A stretch of DNA of 64,000 bases from Candidatus Omnitrophota bacterium. Lineage in GTDB: Bacteria > Omnitrophota > Gorgyraeia > 2-01-FULL-45-10. The notes beneath the pieces are model-generated. The model was not told where the DNA came from. It did not search any database and worked only from the letters and a program-made list of their open reading frames with translations. The position numbers were made by a program, and so were the translations under genes. The stretch spans positions 1,856 to 65,855 of the forward strand of contig JAPLME010000011.1 of NCBI GenBank assembly GCA_026387175.1. The letters run 5' to 3'. This document shows positions 1 through 15,000 of the stretch, piece by piece; the first letter of the stretch is position 1; each line of letters begins with the position of its first letter.

Positions 1-3000
1 CATAACTGGTTTAACGGTACTGCCGGTAATGTCTACTGGACCAACGCTTCAGGTGATGGCAAATGGTCCACGGCAGCTAACTGGTCAACCGGTGTTATTC
101 CACAGACAACAGACTCAGTTGTGTTCAATGCTACCTCGACCACAAACTGTTCAGTTAACCAGGCAGCTACGGTCACCAACCTCACTCTTGACACAGGTTA
201 CACCGGCACGGTTACCTTAGGTGCAACTTCAGGACAAGATCTTACCGTAACTAACTCTATCGCCATTAACACCAACGGCGGCATACTTGTTGACAACGGC
301 AGAGTAGTGAACTTTAAGAATGTTGCAATTGTTTCTGAAAGTAATCACCTGAATTCTACTGGCAACTGGAAGCAAACAGCCAGCGGAAATATATCGGCTT
401 ATTATCCCGAAGCTTTTAATAGCCTTGAATTGGCAAGCGGAGTTACCGCGACCTTAACCAATAGCATAAGTGTGAGGAAAGTTATTCTTGGCAGTAATGC
501 TACAATTACCGGAAATACAAGCTATCGTCTTTGGATATCTCCCACGGCAGATAATTTTATTACTCAGGGCACAGGCTCAAATATTTCTTTGCCAATTCAT
601 ATAACTGGTATAACCAGTAATATAAACCAAGGCGCCTTGAATGTTTCCGGGGCTGTTTTCCTTCGTGATAGCAACAATAAAATTTTGACCATGACTGGGG
701 ATTGGAATATTGGCACGTTGACGATATGGGGAACCAACGCGACTGGCTCCGTAGTTACCATTGATACCAACGGAAATAACTTAACTATAACAGGCGATTT
801 AGCTATATCAAACGGAGCCGTCAATTATGCCAATCAACAACTTGGCAAAATCCTCTTTAAAACCGGAAATCATACAATTACAGGTGATGTATATATCCTT
901 GGCCAAGGCCAATACACCCACGGCTACATTGACTTTGGCTCAAGCACGGTGAATGTAGGGGGGAACCTTGACTTTAGATACGCCTCAGTTACTCCCGGAA
1001 CATCAACTGTAAACCTTACCGGCGCTACCACTGCCAATATCTATAGTATTGTGGATTATACTTATAAAGACGCTACCTTAGATAATGCGGTATTGAATAC
1101 AGCGCCGTTCTATAAATTAACCTCAACCGTAGCAGGGAAGACCGTTAAATTTGAAGCAGGGAAGACCGTAACGATAGCCAATAACCTAAACCTTGCCGGA
1201 ACCGGAACAGGCATCAATCTCTTAACCTTAAACTCTACCACTTCCGGCACTGCCGCGAAACTAAATGTCGCGAGCGGCGCTACAGTTACCGGCATGAATT
1301 ACTTAAGTGTCAAGGATTCCGACGCTTCGAGCGGCAAGGGTATCGTCGCATCTAATTCGACCAATGTTAGTAATAATACCAACTGGTTCTTTGGCGCCGC
1401 CGGCAGTAATTATTGGGTTAATAACTCAGGCGACGGCAAGTGGTCCACTGCCGCTAACTGGTCCACCGGTAGCGTGCCAACTTCGGCTGACAATGTTGTG
1501 CTTAACTCCGCCTCAGCTTCAAACTGCAGTTTCGATACAGGGGTGGCTAATACCACAGTCGCTAGCCTCACTCTGGACACAGGCTATACCGGCACTCTGA
1601 CCTTAGCGCAAGGTATTACGGTCACCGGAACGCTTAAAGTAACCCAAGGCACATTTGACGCCGCTACCTATAATGTAAATGCCGCTAACTTCACTTCCAC
1701 AGGAATATTGGCTCGAACACTTAACTTAGGGACAGGGAGTACCTGGACCATATCAGGTAACTGGGACTCTTCAGGCGGTAATATTACGGTTAATCCAGGT
1801 ACCTCAACCGTTACTCTCACCGGAGACGGCACAGTTAAAGCCTGTCCCAGCGTTACTACTTTCTATAACCTCTCAGCGGCCGCATCAGGCATGACCACTA
1901 CTATTGCCCGGGATCCTTCTAAGAATATGTGGGTGGCGGGGGGATGGGGCGTTAATAACTACTTTGCCTACTCTTCTGACGGGATTACTTGGACAGGCTT
2001 GGGCACAAACACATGCCTTACCACCGTCCATAACATCTGCGGGAATGGTTCTAAGTTCGTGGCGGTAGGTACTGGCCCTAGTTCCATTGCCTACTCTACT
2101 AACGGGATTACCTGGACAGGCTTGGGCACAAGTATATTCTCAGGTAATGGCGCCTTTGGCGTCTGCTGGAACGGCTCTAAGTTCGTAGCTGTAGGGCATG
2201 GCGCTAATACCATTGCCTACTCTTATGATGGCATTGCCTGGGCAGCCGCTCCAGGCAGTACAAACATATTTTCAATCAACGCAAACGGCGCCGACATCTG
2301 CTGGAACGGCTCTAAGTTCGTTGCTGTAGGAGACGGAACTAATACCATTGCCTACTCCTCTGATGGCATTAACTGGACAGGCTTGGGCACAAGTATATTC
2401 TCAAGCTATGGCAAAAGCGTTGCCTGGAACGGCACTCGCTTTATAGCAACAGGTTCTGGCAATAGTACTCTTGCCTATTCCTCTGACGGTATTACCTGGG
2501 TAGGCTTAGGCACAAGCATATTCTCAAGCTATGGCTGGGGCGTCGCCTGGAACGGCACCCGTATTATAGCAACAGGCGCTGGCACCAATACCATTGCCTA
2601 CTCTTCTGATGGTATTACCTGGGTAGGCTTAGGCTCAAGTATATTCATAACCTTCGGAGGCGGCATCTGCTGGAATGGTTCTAAGTTCGTCGCTGGCGGG
2701 CAAAGCCCTGGCAGCGCCTATTCAACTGATGGGATCACCTGGACAAGCGGTGGAGTCCCAATGGCAGTCGGCTACGGCGTTTGCTCCATCCCAGCCCCCA
2801 AACTCGTTCCACCTATCCTATCAGATGACATAAAGGTCTCAAATAACCTCACATTAGGTGGAGGTACACTCACTCGTAACGGCACCGACCAGATAGCCTT
2901 AACCTTAACTAGCGCCACCCCTACAGTAACATTAGGAGGCTCTACGATTAGTAGCGGCACAATTATCAGATACGCTCCCGCAGCAGGCTCAGGCGCTACC

Positions 3001-6000
3001 ACTGTCACTATCCCAGGAGGCGCCTACAGCGGAGCTAAGATCGAAGCCTATACTAAGCTTAATTATAGCGTCGCCCAGCCCCAAGGAGCTGTCACATATC
3101 AGTTAGGGGGGAGCATCACCTCATTAGCCAATCTAAACATCTACGCTGATGTAGGGCTACCAGCCACTACATTCAGCTTAGTAAATGGCTCTAATAATTA
3201 TAACCTTACCTCTAATAGCCTTACATTAGGTAAAGATGAAGTAACTAACGGATCTGTCACATTTAATTCAGGAAGTGGCACAGTAGCTCTACCGTCACTT
3301 ACAAACCTCGTTCCTTCCACTAATAATAGCGGCTTACACACTCTTAACCTTAACACATCCACCTGGAATGTGGCAGGGGACTGGGATACCTCAGGCAATA
3401 ACATTATACTTAATCCAAGCACCTCAACTGTTAACCTTACCGATAACGGTATACTTAAGACTAACCCCTCTACCACAAGCTTCTATAACCTATCCTGCGC
3501 GGTCACAGGTAAGACCACAACAGTTGCCCGGGACCCTTCTAAGAATATGTGGGTAGCGGCAGGCGAAGGCACCAACTCTCTTGCCTACTCTTCTGATGGT
3601 ATTACCTGGGTAGGCTTAGGCACAAGTATATTATCATACCGTGGCCGAGGCGTTGCCTGGAACGGCACCCGTTTCGTAGCAACAGGCGCTGGCGCCGACT
3701 CCCTTGCTTATTCTTCCAATGGGATTAATTGGACAGGCCTTGGCTCAAGCATATTCTCCGGCACTGGCCGCTACGTTGCCTGGAACGGCACCCGTTTCGT
3801 AACAGTAGGCACTGGCGCTAACTCCATTGCTTACTCCTCCGACGGTACTAATTGGACTGGGGTGACTACCACAAGCATATTCTCAGCCTATGGCTACGGC
3901 ATTGCCTGGAACGGCACCCGCTTCGTAGCAACGGGCAGCGGCACCAACAACTCCATTGCTTACTCCTTCGATGGCATTACTTGGACAGGCCTTGGCACAA
4001 GCATATTTTCAAGCAGTGGTACCGGCATTGCTTGGAACGGCACCCGTTTCGTGGCAGTGGGTAGTGGCACCAACTCCATTACCTACTCTTCCGATGGCAT
4101 TACCTGGACCGGTTTAGGTAAAAGCATATTCTCAGTCAATGGCTACGATGTTGCCTGGAACGGCACCCGTTTCGTAACAGTAGGCACTGGCACCAACTGC
4201 ATTGCCTACTCTTCAGATGGCATCACCTGGACAGGTTTAGGCACAAGTGTATTCTCAAGCTATGGCTACAGCATCGGCTCTTGCCCTGCTCCTAAACTTA
4301 CTCCACCCGTCCTAAGCGATGACATACCGGTCTTGAATACCCTCACCTTAGGCGGCGGCACACTCACCCGTAACGGCACCGACCAGGTAGCCTTAACATT
4401 ACGTAAGGACACCGGCAATTTCTTAGTGTTAAATAACTCCACGATCAGTAATAATGCTATTATCCGCTTCGCTCCTCTGGCTAACGCCTCAAGTCCTAAG
4501 ACTGTCTCTATCCCCGGAGGCGACTACGGCACAGCTCAAGTAGAAGCCTATGTCCAGACTAATAACGCTGTAGCCCAGCCTCAAGGAGCTATCAGCTATC
4601 AACTAGCGGGAAATATCGCGGGGGCAAACAGCTTAAATATCTACGCTGACTCTAATCTCTCCACAACCTTTGGCTTAAATAGCTACAATCTTTATACCGC
4701 TACTCCAGGGCTCCTCTATTTAGGTAAAGACTGTGCTCAAGGCGCAGTTACCTTTAATTCAGGTGCAGGCGCGGTAACCTTAGCCGCAACACCTCTCTCA
4801 AGCATAGTCGCGGATAACGCCGGAAGCCACACGCTCAATATGAACTCTTCCACCTGGAATATCTCCGGTGACTGGTGTCCTGAAGGTCTGACAAGCGGCA
4901 CCTCCAGCTCACTCAGTGTAGCCCCCAGCACATCCACTGTCAATATCACCGGCACCGGCACTACCACAATCTATGGCTCAAAGACCGCTACTCCTTCGAC
5001 ACCGTTTAATAACCTGTATACTCCTGTCGGCGGCTTAACTGACAAAACTATCAAGGTCAATGCCGGAAGCACACTTCAGATAGCCGGTATTCTGGGATTG
5101 CGGGGACAGGGCGAGAGCAGCCCGCTTAATTTCCAAAGCACTACCGCAGGAACTGCAGCTAATCTTAACGTTCTAGGCTCGACCGCCAATATGCAATACC
5201 TTAATGTCACAGACTCCAATGCTTCGGGCGGGAAGAAGATTCTCGCGTGTTCTTCCACTATTGACACCTACAGCTTGAATCATAACTGGGTTAACGGCAT
5301 TGTCGGTAATGTCTATTGGACCAATGCCTCTGGCGACGGCTTATGGTCCACCGCGGCTAACTGGTCCACAGGAGCTGTGCCGGTTTCGACAGACTCAGTC
5401 GTATTCAACGCTACCTCGACCACACCCTGCTCGGTTAACCAAGCAGCGACGGTTACAAACCTCACTATGGACACAGGATACACCGGCACAGTGACTTTAA
5501 GCGCAACGTCAGGACAGGATTTAACCGTTACAGGCTCTATTACCATTAGTACCAACAGCGGTACGCTAGTAGATAATGGACGAACAGTTAATTTCAAGAA
5601 TGTCTCTATTGCTTATGAAAACACGCCCGTGCATCTTACTTCTACGGGTAATTGGAAAATGATTTCCAGCGGAACTATTTTTGGCCCTCAAGATAGTTCT
5701 AAAATTAATAGCCTTGAGCTGGCAGCCGGAGTTACCGCGAATTTGTTGACAAATTGCACTGTTAACATAAGAAACCTTATCCTTGGAAATAATTCCGTGC
5801 TTACCGGTTATTATATGATAATTGTGCCTACAACCAATAATTTTATTACCCAGGGTACCGGAGCAACTATTTCTGCGACTTTAGAGATTTGTCCAGGTGA
5901 CATGAACCAGGGCGCTCTGACTACATCCGGACCTGTAAAGATTACCTGGGGCGCTAACCGTACTTTGACCATGACCGGAGATTGGAATATTGGTGGATAC

Positions 6001-9000
6001 CTTATGGTATTTGGTTCATCAAGTTTTGGCACAACCGGAATGATGACCCTGGACACTAACGGCAAAAATCTTACTGTAGGCGGTGACTTACAATTAGGAA
6101 ATAGTGACTCTTCGTATGCCAACGATTTTCTCGGAAAAATTCTGTTTAAGAACGGTACCCACACTATCGGAGGCAAAATATTTGTTATGAACGGAAACAC
6201 TCCTTCAACCTGCTACACCCATGGCTACTTTGACTTTGGCCAAAGCACGGTAAACGTAGGGGGGAACCTTGACTTTAGGTGCGCCTCAGTAACTCCCGGA
6301 ACTTCAACCGTAAATCTTACCGGCACTACTGCCGCCACGATTTATTCAATAGTTGACTATGCCTATAAAGACACCATCTTAGACACTCCGGTATTGAACA
6401 CAGCGCCGTTCTATAATTTAGCCTCAAGCGCGGCAAGCAAGATCATTAAATTTGAGGCAGGCAAGACCGTAACAGTAGCCAATAATCTAAGCCTTGCCGG
6501 TGCAAGCGGTAACCTCTTAACCTTAAACTCTACTACCGCGGGCACTGCAGCTAACCTGAATATTTTAGGCACAGCCACCGGTATGAACTACCTGAGTGTT
6601 AAGGACTCCAATGCTTCAGGCGGGAAAGGTATCATCACTTATAACTCCACAAATGTTAGCAACAATACCAACTGGTTCTTTGGCACCGCCGGTAATAATT
6701 ACTGGCTCAATGCCTCCGGCGACGGCTTGTGGTCCACACCCGCTAACTGGTCCACAGGCATTGTGCCGGTCTCGGGCGACAATGTTTATTTCAACACGAC
6801 CTCAACTTCAGACTGCAGTTTCGATACAGGAGCGACCAATACGACAGTCGCAAGCCTTACCTTAGATACAAATTACACCGGTACCCTGACCTTAGCGCAA
6901 GGTATTACAGTCACCGGAACACTTAAAGTGACCCAGGGGACATTTGACGCCGCTACCTATAATGTAAACGCCGCTAACTTCACTTCCACAGGAGCCTTAG
7001 CTCGTACACTAAACTTAGGAACAGGGAGTACTTGGACCATTGCAGGCAACTGGGACTCATCAGGAGGTAACATCACAGTTAACCCCGGTACTTCAACAGT
7101 TACTCTTACAGGAACCGGCACAGTTAAAGCCTGTCCCAGTGTCACTACTTTCTATAACCTCTCAGCGGCCGCGTCAGGCAAGACTACGACGATTGCCCGG
7201 GATCCGTCGAAGAATATATGGGTGGCGACTGGCGTTGGCGCTAACACTCTTGCCTACTCTTCTGATGGTACTAATTGGACAGGCTTGGGCTCAAGTATAT
7301 TCTCAGGCAATGGTTACGGCGCTGCCTGGAACGGCACCCACTTCGTAGCAACGGGCTATGGCACCAACTCCCTTGCCCACTCTTATGACGGTATTATCTG
7401 GACTGGCCTAGGCACAAGTATATTCTCAACCCAAGGCCTTGGCATCTGTTGGAACGGCACCAAGTTTGTGGCTGTAGGAGAAGGCACTAATACAATTGCC
7501 TACTCCTCTAATGGGATTACCTGGACAGGCTTAAGCTCAAGCATATTCTCAGTCTTTGGCGATGGCGTTGCCTGGAACGGCACACGCTTCGTCGCAGTAG
7601 GCTATGGCACCAACTCCATTACCTATTCCCCCGATGGGATTACATGGACTGGGGTGACCGGCAAAAGTATATTCTCAGATTACGGCATGAACATTGCCTG
7701 GAACGGCACCCGCTTCGTCGCAGTAGGCCAAGGCACCAACTCCCTAGCTTACTCTTCTGACGGTATTATATGGATAGGTTTAGGCACAAGCATATTCTCA
7801 ACTTCTGGCCGCGGCGTCGCCTGGAACGGCACCCGCTTCGTCGCAGTAGGTTGGGGCACCAATTCCATCGCTTACTCTTCTGACGGCATCACCTGGACAG
7901 GACTCGGCTATAGCGGATTATCATCCCACGGCAACAGCGTTGCCTGGAACGGCACTAGCTTTGTAGCAATAGGCTTAGGCACTAACAATATTGCCTACTC
8001 TTCCGATGGCATTACCTGGACTGGAGTAACCGGCACAAGCATATTCTCAGTCAATGGTGTTGGCGTTGCCTCTTGCCTTGCCCCCAAACTCACTCCACCC
8101 ATCCTTAGCGATGGCATAAAGATCACAAATGGTCTTACACTAAACGGCGGCACACTCACTCGTAACAGCACCGACCAGGTAGCCTTATCCTTAACGAGCA
8201 ATACTCCTACATTAACATTAGGCTCTTCCACTATCAGTAATAGCGCTATTATTAGATATGCCCCTGTGGCCACTTCAGGCGCTACCACCGTCACTATCCC
8301 CGGAGGCGCTTACTCAGGCGCCAAGATAGAAGCTTATTCTAAGACTAATTATGGTGTTACCCAGCCTCAAGGGTCTATAACATACAAATTAGGGGGCAGT
8401 ATCACCTCAGCAGCTAATCTAAACATCTACGCAGATGTAGGACTACCTAGCACTACATTCAGCTTAGTAAATGGCGCCAGTAACTATAACCTCACCTCCA
8501 CATCCCTTACAATAGGTAAGGATGAAGTAACTAACGGCACTATTACATTTAACTCTGGAAGCGGCACAGTAGCTCTTGCCTCACTTACAAACTTAGTGCC
8601 TTCCACTAATAATAGCGGTCTACACACATTAAACCTCAATACATCCACCTGGAATGTGGCAGGGGACTGGGATACATCAGGCAATAACATCATACTTAAT
8701 CCAAGCACCTCAACCGTTAACCTTACAGGCTCAGGTACACTAAAGACCAGCCCGAACACTACAAGCTTCTATAACTTATCCTGCGCGGCATCAGGGAAGA
8801 CCACTACAGTCGCCAGAGATCCTTCTAAGAATATATGGGTGGCGGCAGGCCAAGGCACCAACTCTCTTGCTTATTCTTATGATGGTATTAACTGGGTAGG
8901 TTTGGGCATAAATATATTCGCGATCAACGGCTATGGTGCTTGTTGGAATGGCTCTAAGTTCATTGTCGTAGGCCAAGGCACTAACACCCTTGCCTATTCC

Positions 9001-12000
9001 TCTGATGGCATCAACTGGACAGGCTTAGGCACAAGCATATTCTCAACCCGAGGTTATGGCATTGCCTGGAACGGCACCCGTTTCGTAGCAGGAGGCGGCG
9101 GCGTTAACTTCCTCGCCTACTCTTCTGACGGTACTACTTGGACCGGTTTAGGCACAAGCGTATTTTCAACCGCCGGCTATGGCGTCGCCTGGAACGGCAC
9201 CTGTTTTGTATCAGTGGGCAGCGGCACTAATTCCATTGCTTACTCTTCCGATGGAATTACTTGGACCGGTTTAGGCACAAGCGTATTTTCAACCGCCGGC
9301 AATGGCGTCGCCTGGAACGGCACGCGTTTCGTTGCAGTAGGCTATGGCACTACCTCTCCGGGTACTAATTCCATTGCCTATTCTTCCGATGGAATTACTT
9401 GGACCGGTTTAGGCACAAGCATATTTTCGACAGGAATTGGTTACGGCGTCGCCTGGAACGGCACGCGTTTCATAGCAACTGGTGGAGGCACCAACTCCCT
9501 TGGATACTCTTCCGATGGTATTATCTGGACAGGCCAAGCCGTATTCTTAAGTCAAGGCAATGGTGTCTGCTGGAACGGCTCTAAGTTTGTAGCCGTAGGA
9601 TATGCAGGCGGCACTAACTCTATCGCTTACTCCTCCGATGGTATTATCTGGACCGGCTTAGGCTCAAGCATATTCTCATACTATGGTCGTAGTGTTTGCT
9701 CCAGCTCCGCCCCGAAGCTCACTCCGCCCATCTTAAGCGACGACATCCCTGTCCTGAACACCCTCACCTTAGGCGGCGGCACACTCACTCGTAACGGCAC
9801 CGACCAGGTGGCCTTAACCTTACGTAAGGACACCGGCAATTTCTTAGTCTTAAATAACTCCACAATCAGCAATAACGCTATTATCCGCTTTGCTCCTTTG
9901 GCTAACGCCACAAGCGCTAAGACCGTCTCTATCCCAGGAGGCGACTATGGCACCGCTCAATTAGAAGCCTATGTCCAGACTAATAATGCTGTCGATCAGC
10001 CTCAAGGACCTATCAGCTATCAGTTAGCGGGAAATATCGCGGGGGCAAACAGCTTAAACATTTACGCCGACTCTAACCTCTCCACCACCTTTGGCTTAAA
10101 TAGCTACAATCTCTATACCGCCACTCCCGGACTCCTCTATTTAGGTAAAGACTGCGCTCGAGGCGCAGTTACCTTTAATTCAGGCGCAGGCGCGGTAACC
10201 TTAGCCGCTACACCTCTCTCAAGCATAGTCGCTGATAACGCAGGAGCTCACACACTCAATATGAATAGCTCCACCTGGAATATCTCCGGTGACTGGTGTC
10301 CTGAGAGCCAGACCAGCGGTACCTCAAGCGCTCTAAGCGTAGTCCCTGGCACATCCACTGTTAATATCACCGGCACCGGCGCCACCACAATCTATGGTTC
10401 AAAAACCGCCACTCCTTCGACGCCGCTTTATAACCTTTACACACCCAGCGGCGGCTTAGTGGATAAGGTTATCAAAGTTAATGCCGGAAGCACGCTCCAG
10501 ATAGCAGGGACCTTGAGATTGCAGGGCCAGAATTCAGGCAGCCCTCTCTATTTCCAGAGCACCGCCTTAGGTACGCCCGCTAGCCTGAATCTTCAAGGCT
10601 CAGCCGTGAGTATGCAATATCTTGTTGTCAAAGATTCCGACGCCACCAGTGGAAAGAAGATCCTTGCCTACGACTCCACTATCGACACTTACAGCTTGAA
10701 TCATAATTGGATCGGCGGTACAGTCGGTATCGTTTACTGGACCAATGCCTCCGGCGACGGCTTATGGTCCACGGCTGCTAACTGGTCCACGGGCGCTGTG
10801 CCGGTTTCGACAGACTCAGTCATATTTAATGTTGTCTCAGGTTCAAGCCCAACCTCAAACTGCTCGGTTAACCAGGCAGTTACGGTTGCTAACCTCACCC
10901 TTGATACCGGCTATACCGGCACAGTTATCTTAAGCTCAACTTCAGGGCAGGATTTAACTGTTACCGGTTCCATCAATATTAATACGAACGGCGGCGCACT
11001 GAATGATAACGGCAGAAATGTAAATTTTGTGAATGCTTCTATTGTCAACGAAGGAAACCGTTTATATTCCAATGGCAACTGGAAGATGACAGCCAACGGT
11101 AATATTAAAAATGCTAACGGCGGTAATATATTTAATAAAACCTTTGAGGTGGGAGCCGGAGTTACCGCGACTTTAACAAGTGATATTTGGACGAAAGGTC
11201 TCATTCTGGGGAATAACGCTGTTGTTACAGGAGGATCAACAATAGTATTTTATTATCCCCCTAATGATTTCATCGCTCAAGGCGCAGGCTCAGTTATTTC
11301 TTCTACTATAGATATCGATCTAAGTGGTAACAGAAGCCAGGGCGCTTTGACTACAACTTCAAGCGTAAACTTTTATTGGCATACTGCTACTTTAACTATG
11401 ACTGATAATTGGCATATCGGTGGATATCTTTCTATTTACAGCGGTTCTTCTGGCGCAACTGCCATCTTAGATACTAACGGCAAAAATCTTACTGTAGACG
11501 GAAATTTATACTTGGGGAATACCGTTTATTATGGTCAAATTCTTTTTAAAACTGGCACGCATACAATAGGCGGAAATATGTATGTCAACCAATCAGGCAG
11601 CCCTAGCCACGGTTATTTTGATTTTGGCTCAAGCACAGTTAATGTAGCAGGTAATGTCGATTTCCGTTATGCTTCGGTAAAGCCTGGCACATCAACAATA
11701 GTGTTTACCGGTACCAATGCCGCAACTATCCGCGCGCTCACAAGCGATGATACGTCCTTTGACGCGTTAAGCCTAAACAATACAGCGCCGTTCTATAAAT
11801 TAACCTCGACCGTTGCAGGCAAGACCATTAACTTTGAAGCAGGGAAGACCGTAACGGTAGCGAATAACTTAACTCTTGCCGGAACCGGGATGGGCGCTAA
11901 TCTCCTGACCTTAAACTCTACCGTAGCAGGCACTACCGCTAATTTAAATGTCGCGGGCACAGCCACCGGCATGAATTACTTAAGCGTCAAAGATTCCGAT

Positions 12001-15000
12001 GCTTCGATCGGGAAAGGTATTGTCGCTTATAATTCTACAAATGTTAGCAATAACACCAACTGGTATTTTGGCGCCTCGGGTAATAATTACTGGCTCAATG
12101 CCTCAGGCGATGGCAAGTGGTCGACGCCGACTAACTGGTCCACGGGAATTGTGCCGACCTTGGGCGACAACGTCTATTTTAACACCACCTCAACCTCAAA
12201 TTGCAGTTTCGATACGGGAGTGGTTAATACGTCAGTTAATAGCCTCACTTTAGATACGGGTTACACCGGCACCCTTACTTTGGCTAAAAATATCACGGTT
12301 ACAACAGCCCTCACTGTAACCCAAGGCACATTTAACGCCGCTACCTATAATGTAAACGCGGCGAACTTCACCTCCACAGGAGCCTTAGCCCGCGCATTGA
12401 ATTTAGGAACAGGAAGTATCTGGACCATCTCAGGTAACTGGGATTCTTCAGGAGGCAACATTACGGTTAACCCCGGCACATCAACCGTTACTCTTACAGG
12501 AGACGGCACGGTTAAGGCTTGTCCCAGCGTTACTACTTTCTATAACCTCTCAGCCGCCGCCTCAGGCAAGACTACGACAATTGCCCGGGATCCTTCTAAG
12601 AATATATGGGTGGCAGGAGGTTATAACCCTAATAGCGCTGCTTACTCTGTTAATGAAGGAGTTAACTGGACCAAATCATCAAGTTTGGCAAGTATACTGG
12701 ATCAGGCTTGTCAAGGTATCGCCTGGAACGGCACCCGCTTTGTAGCAATGGGTAGTACTTCCAATTCTATCGCCTATTCTTCTGATGGTGTTACATGGAT
12801 AGCAGCGCCTAACTCAAAAAACATATTTTCAACCCGAGGCTACGGCATCGCCTGGAACGGCACCCGTTGGGTAGGAGTAGGCGGTGGCATCAATTCCATT
12901 GCCTATTCTTCTGACGGTATTATCTGGACAGGTTTAGGCACAATAAGCACAAACATATTCTCAATCTATGGCACCAATATCGCCTGGAACGGAAACCGCT
13001 TCGTAGCAGTAGGCAATGGTACGAATAACACCCTTGCTTATTCCTCTGACGGAATCACCTGGACCGGCTTAGGTACAAGCGTATTTTCGTCCAACGGCCG
13101 CGGTCTTGCCTGGAACGGCACCCGCTTCGTAGCCACGGGAAGCGGCACCAATTCCATTGCCTATTCCTCCGACGGCATTAATTGGATAGGTTTAGGTACA
13201 AGCGTATTCTCAAATAACGGCACAAGTGTCGCCTGGAACGGCACCCGCTTCGTAGCCACGGGAAGCGGCACCAATTCCATTGCCTATTCCTCCGATGGCA
13301 TTAATTGGACAGGTCTGGGTACTGTAAGCACAAACATATTCTCAATCTATGGCACCAATATCGCCTGGAACGGAAATCGCTTTGTAGCGGTAGGTTACAG
13401 CGGCGGTGGCACCTCCGTTGCCTATTCTTCCGATGGCATTATCTGGACGGCAGCGACCGTGTCCGGGATATTCTCAGGTGATGGATATGCTATCGCCTCT
13501 TCTCCTGCCCCTAAACTTACTCCACCCATCCTAAGCGATGACATAAAAGTCTCAAATGCCCTCACATTAGGTGGTGGCACACTCACTCGTAACGGCACCG
13601 ACGTAGTAGCTTTAACATTAACTAGCGCTACTCCTACAGTAACATTAGGCGGTTCCACCATCAGTAATAACGCGATCATAAGATACGCTCCTGTAGCCGG
13701 TGCAAGTGATACGATTGTCAATATACCAGGAGGTGCCTACAGCGGAGCCAGGATCGAAGCCTATACCAAGCGTAATGGAAGCATTACACAGCCTCAAGGA
13801 GCCCTCACGTATCGGTTAGGAGGCAGTATTACCTCGGCGGCTAGCCTAAACATCTATGCGGATGTGGGCCTGCCTGCAACCATCTTTAACCTATATGATG
13901 GCTCTAATAGCTATAATCTTGCTTCTTCCGGACTTATATTAGGTAAGGATGAAGTTACCAATGGCAATATTACTCTTAACTCAGGGACAGGTACGGTAGC
14001 TCTTAATTCACTTACAGGGCTCGTTCCTTCCACTAATAATAGCGGCTCACATATCTTAAATCTTAATTCATCCACCTGGAATGTAGCAGGGGACTGGGAT
14101 ACTTCAGGCAATAACATCGTACTTAATCCGGGCACTTCAACAGTTAACCTTACAGACACAGGCACTATAAAGACCAGCCCGAATACTACAAGCTTCTATA
14201 ACCTCTCAGCCGCGGCAAACGGGAAGACCACCACAGTTGCTCGTGACCCTTCCAAGAATATCTGGGTGGCGGTAGGTAACGGCGCCAACACCATTGCCTA
14301 TTCTTCCGACGGAATCACATGGACAGGCTTAGGCGCAGGCATATTATCAAGCTACAGCTATGGCGTCTGCTGGAACGGCTCCAAGTTCGTGGCGGTAGGG
14401 CAAGGCACCAACTCCATTGCCTACTCTTCAGACGGCATCATCTGGACAGGAGTGACCGTTCATAGCGTATTCTCAACCAACGGCCGTGGCGTCTGCTGGA
14501 ACGGCTCCAAGTTCGTGGCGGTAGGGCAAGGCACCAACTCCATTGCCTACTCTTCAGACGGCATCATCTGGACAGGTTTAGGTACAAGCATATTCTCATA
14601 TGGCTATAACGTCTGCTGGAACGGCTCCAAGTTCGTGGCTGTAGGAGGTAGCATTAACTCCATTGCCTACTCCTCTGACGGCATTATCTGGACAGGCTTA
14701 GGCGCAGGCATATTCTCACCCTATAGCCATGGTGTCTGCTGGAACGGCTCCAAGTTCGTGGCTGTAGGAGAAGGTAACAACACCATTGCCTACTCTTCCG
14801 ATGGTATTACCTGGACCGGTTTAGGCTACAGTATATTCTCACCCTATGGCCATGGCATTGCCTGGAACGGCTCCAAGTTCGTGGCTGTAGGAGGTAGCAT
14901 TAACTCCATTGCCTACTCCTCTGATGGCATTACCTGGACCGGTTTAGGCACAAGCTCATTCTTATACGGCCGTGGCGTCTGTTCTATCCTAACTCCCAAG

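Noticed and set aside
121-123. GTG at 121 as the start of the giant gene
   Set aside because: The frame is open to base 1 and lies mid-repeat, with no RBS or signal peptide.
1927-14985. ~120-bp periodic repeats as a CRISPR array
   Set aside because: They are in-frame coding repeats with synonymous variation, there are no unique spacers, and no cas genes are present.
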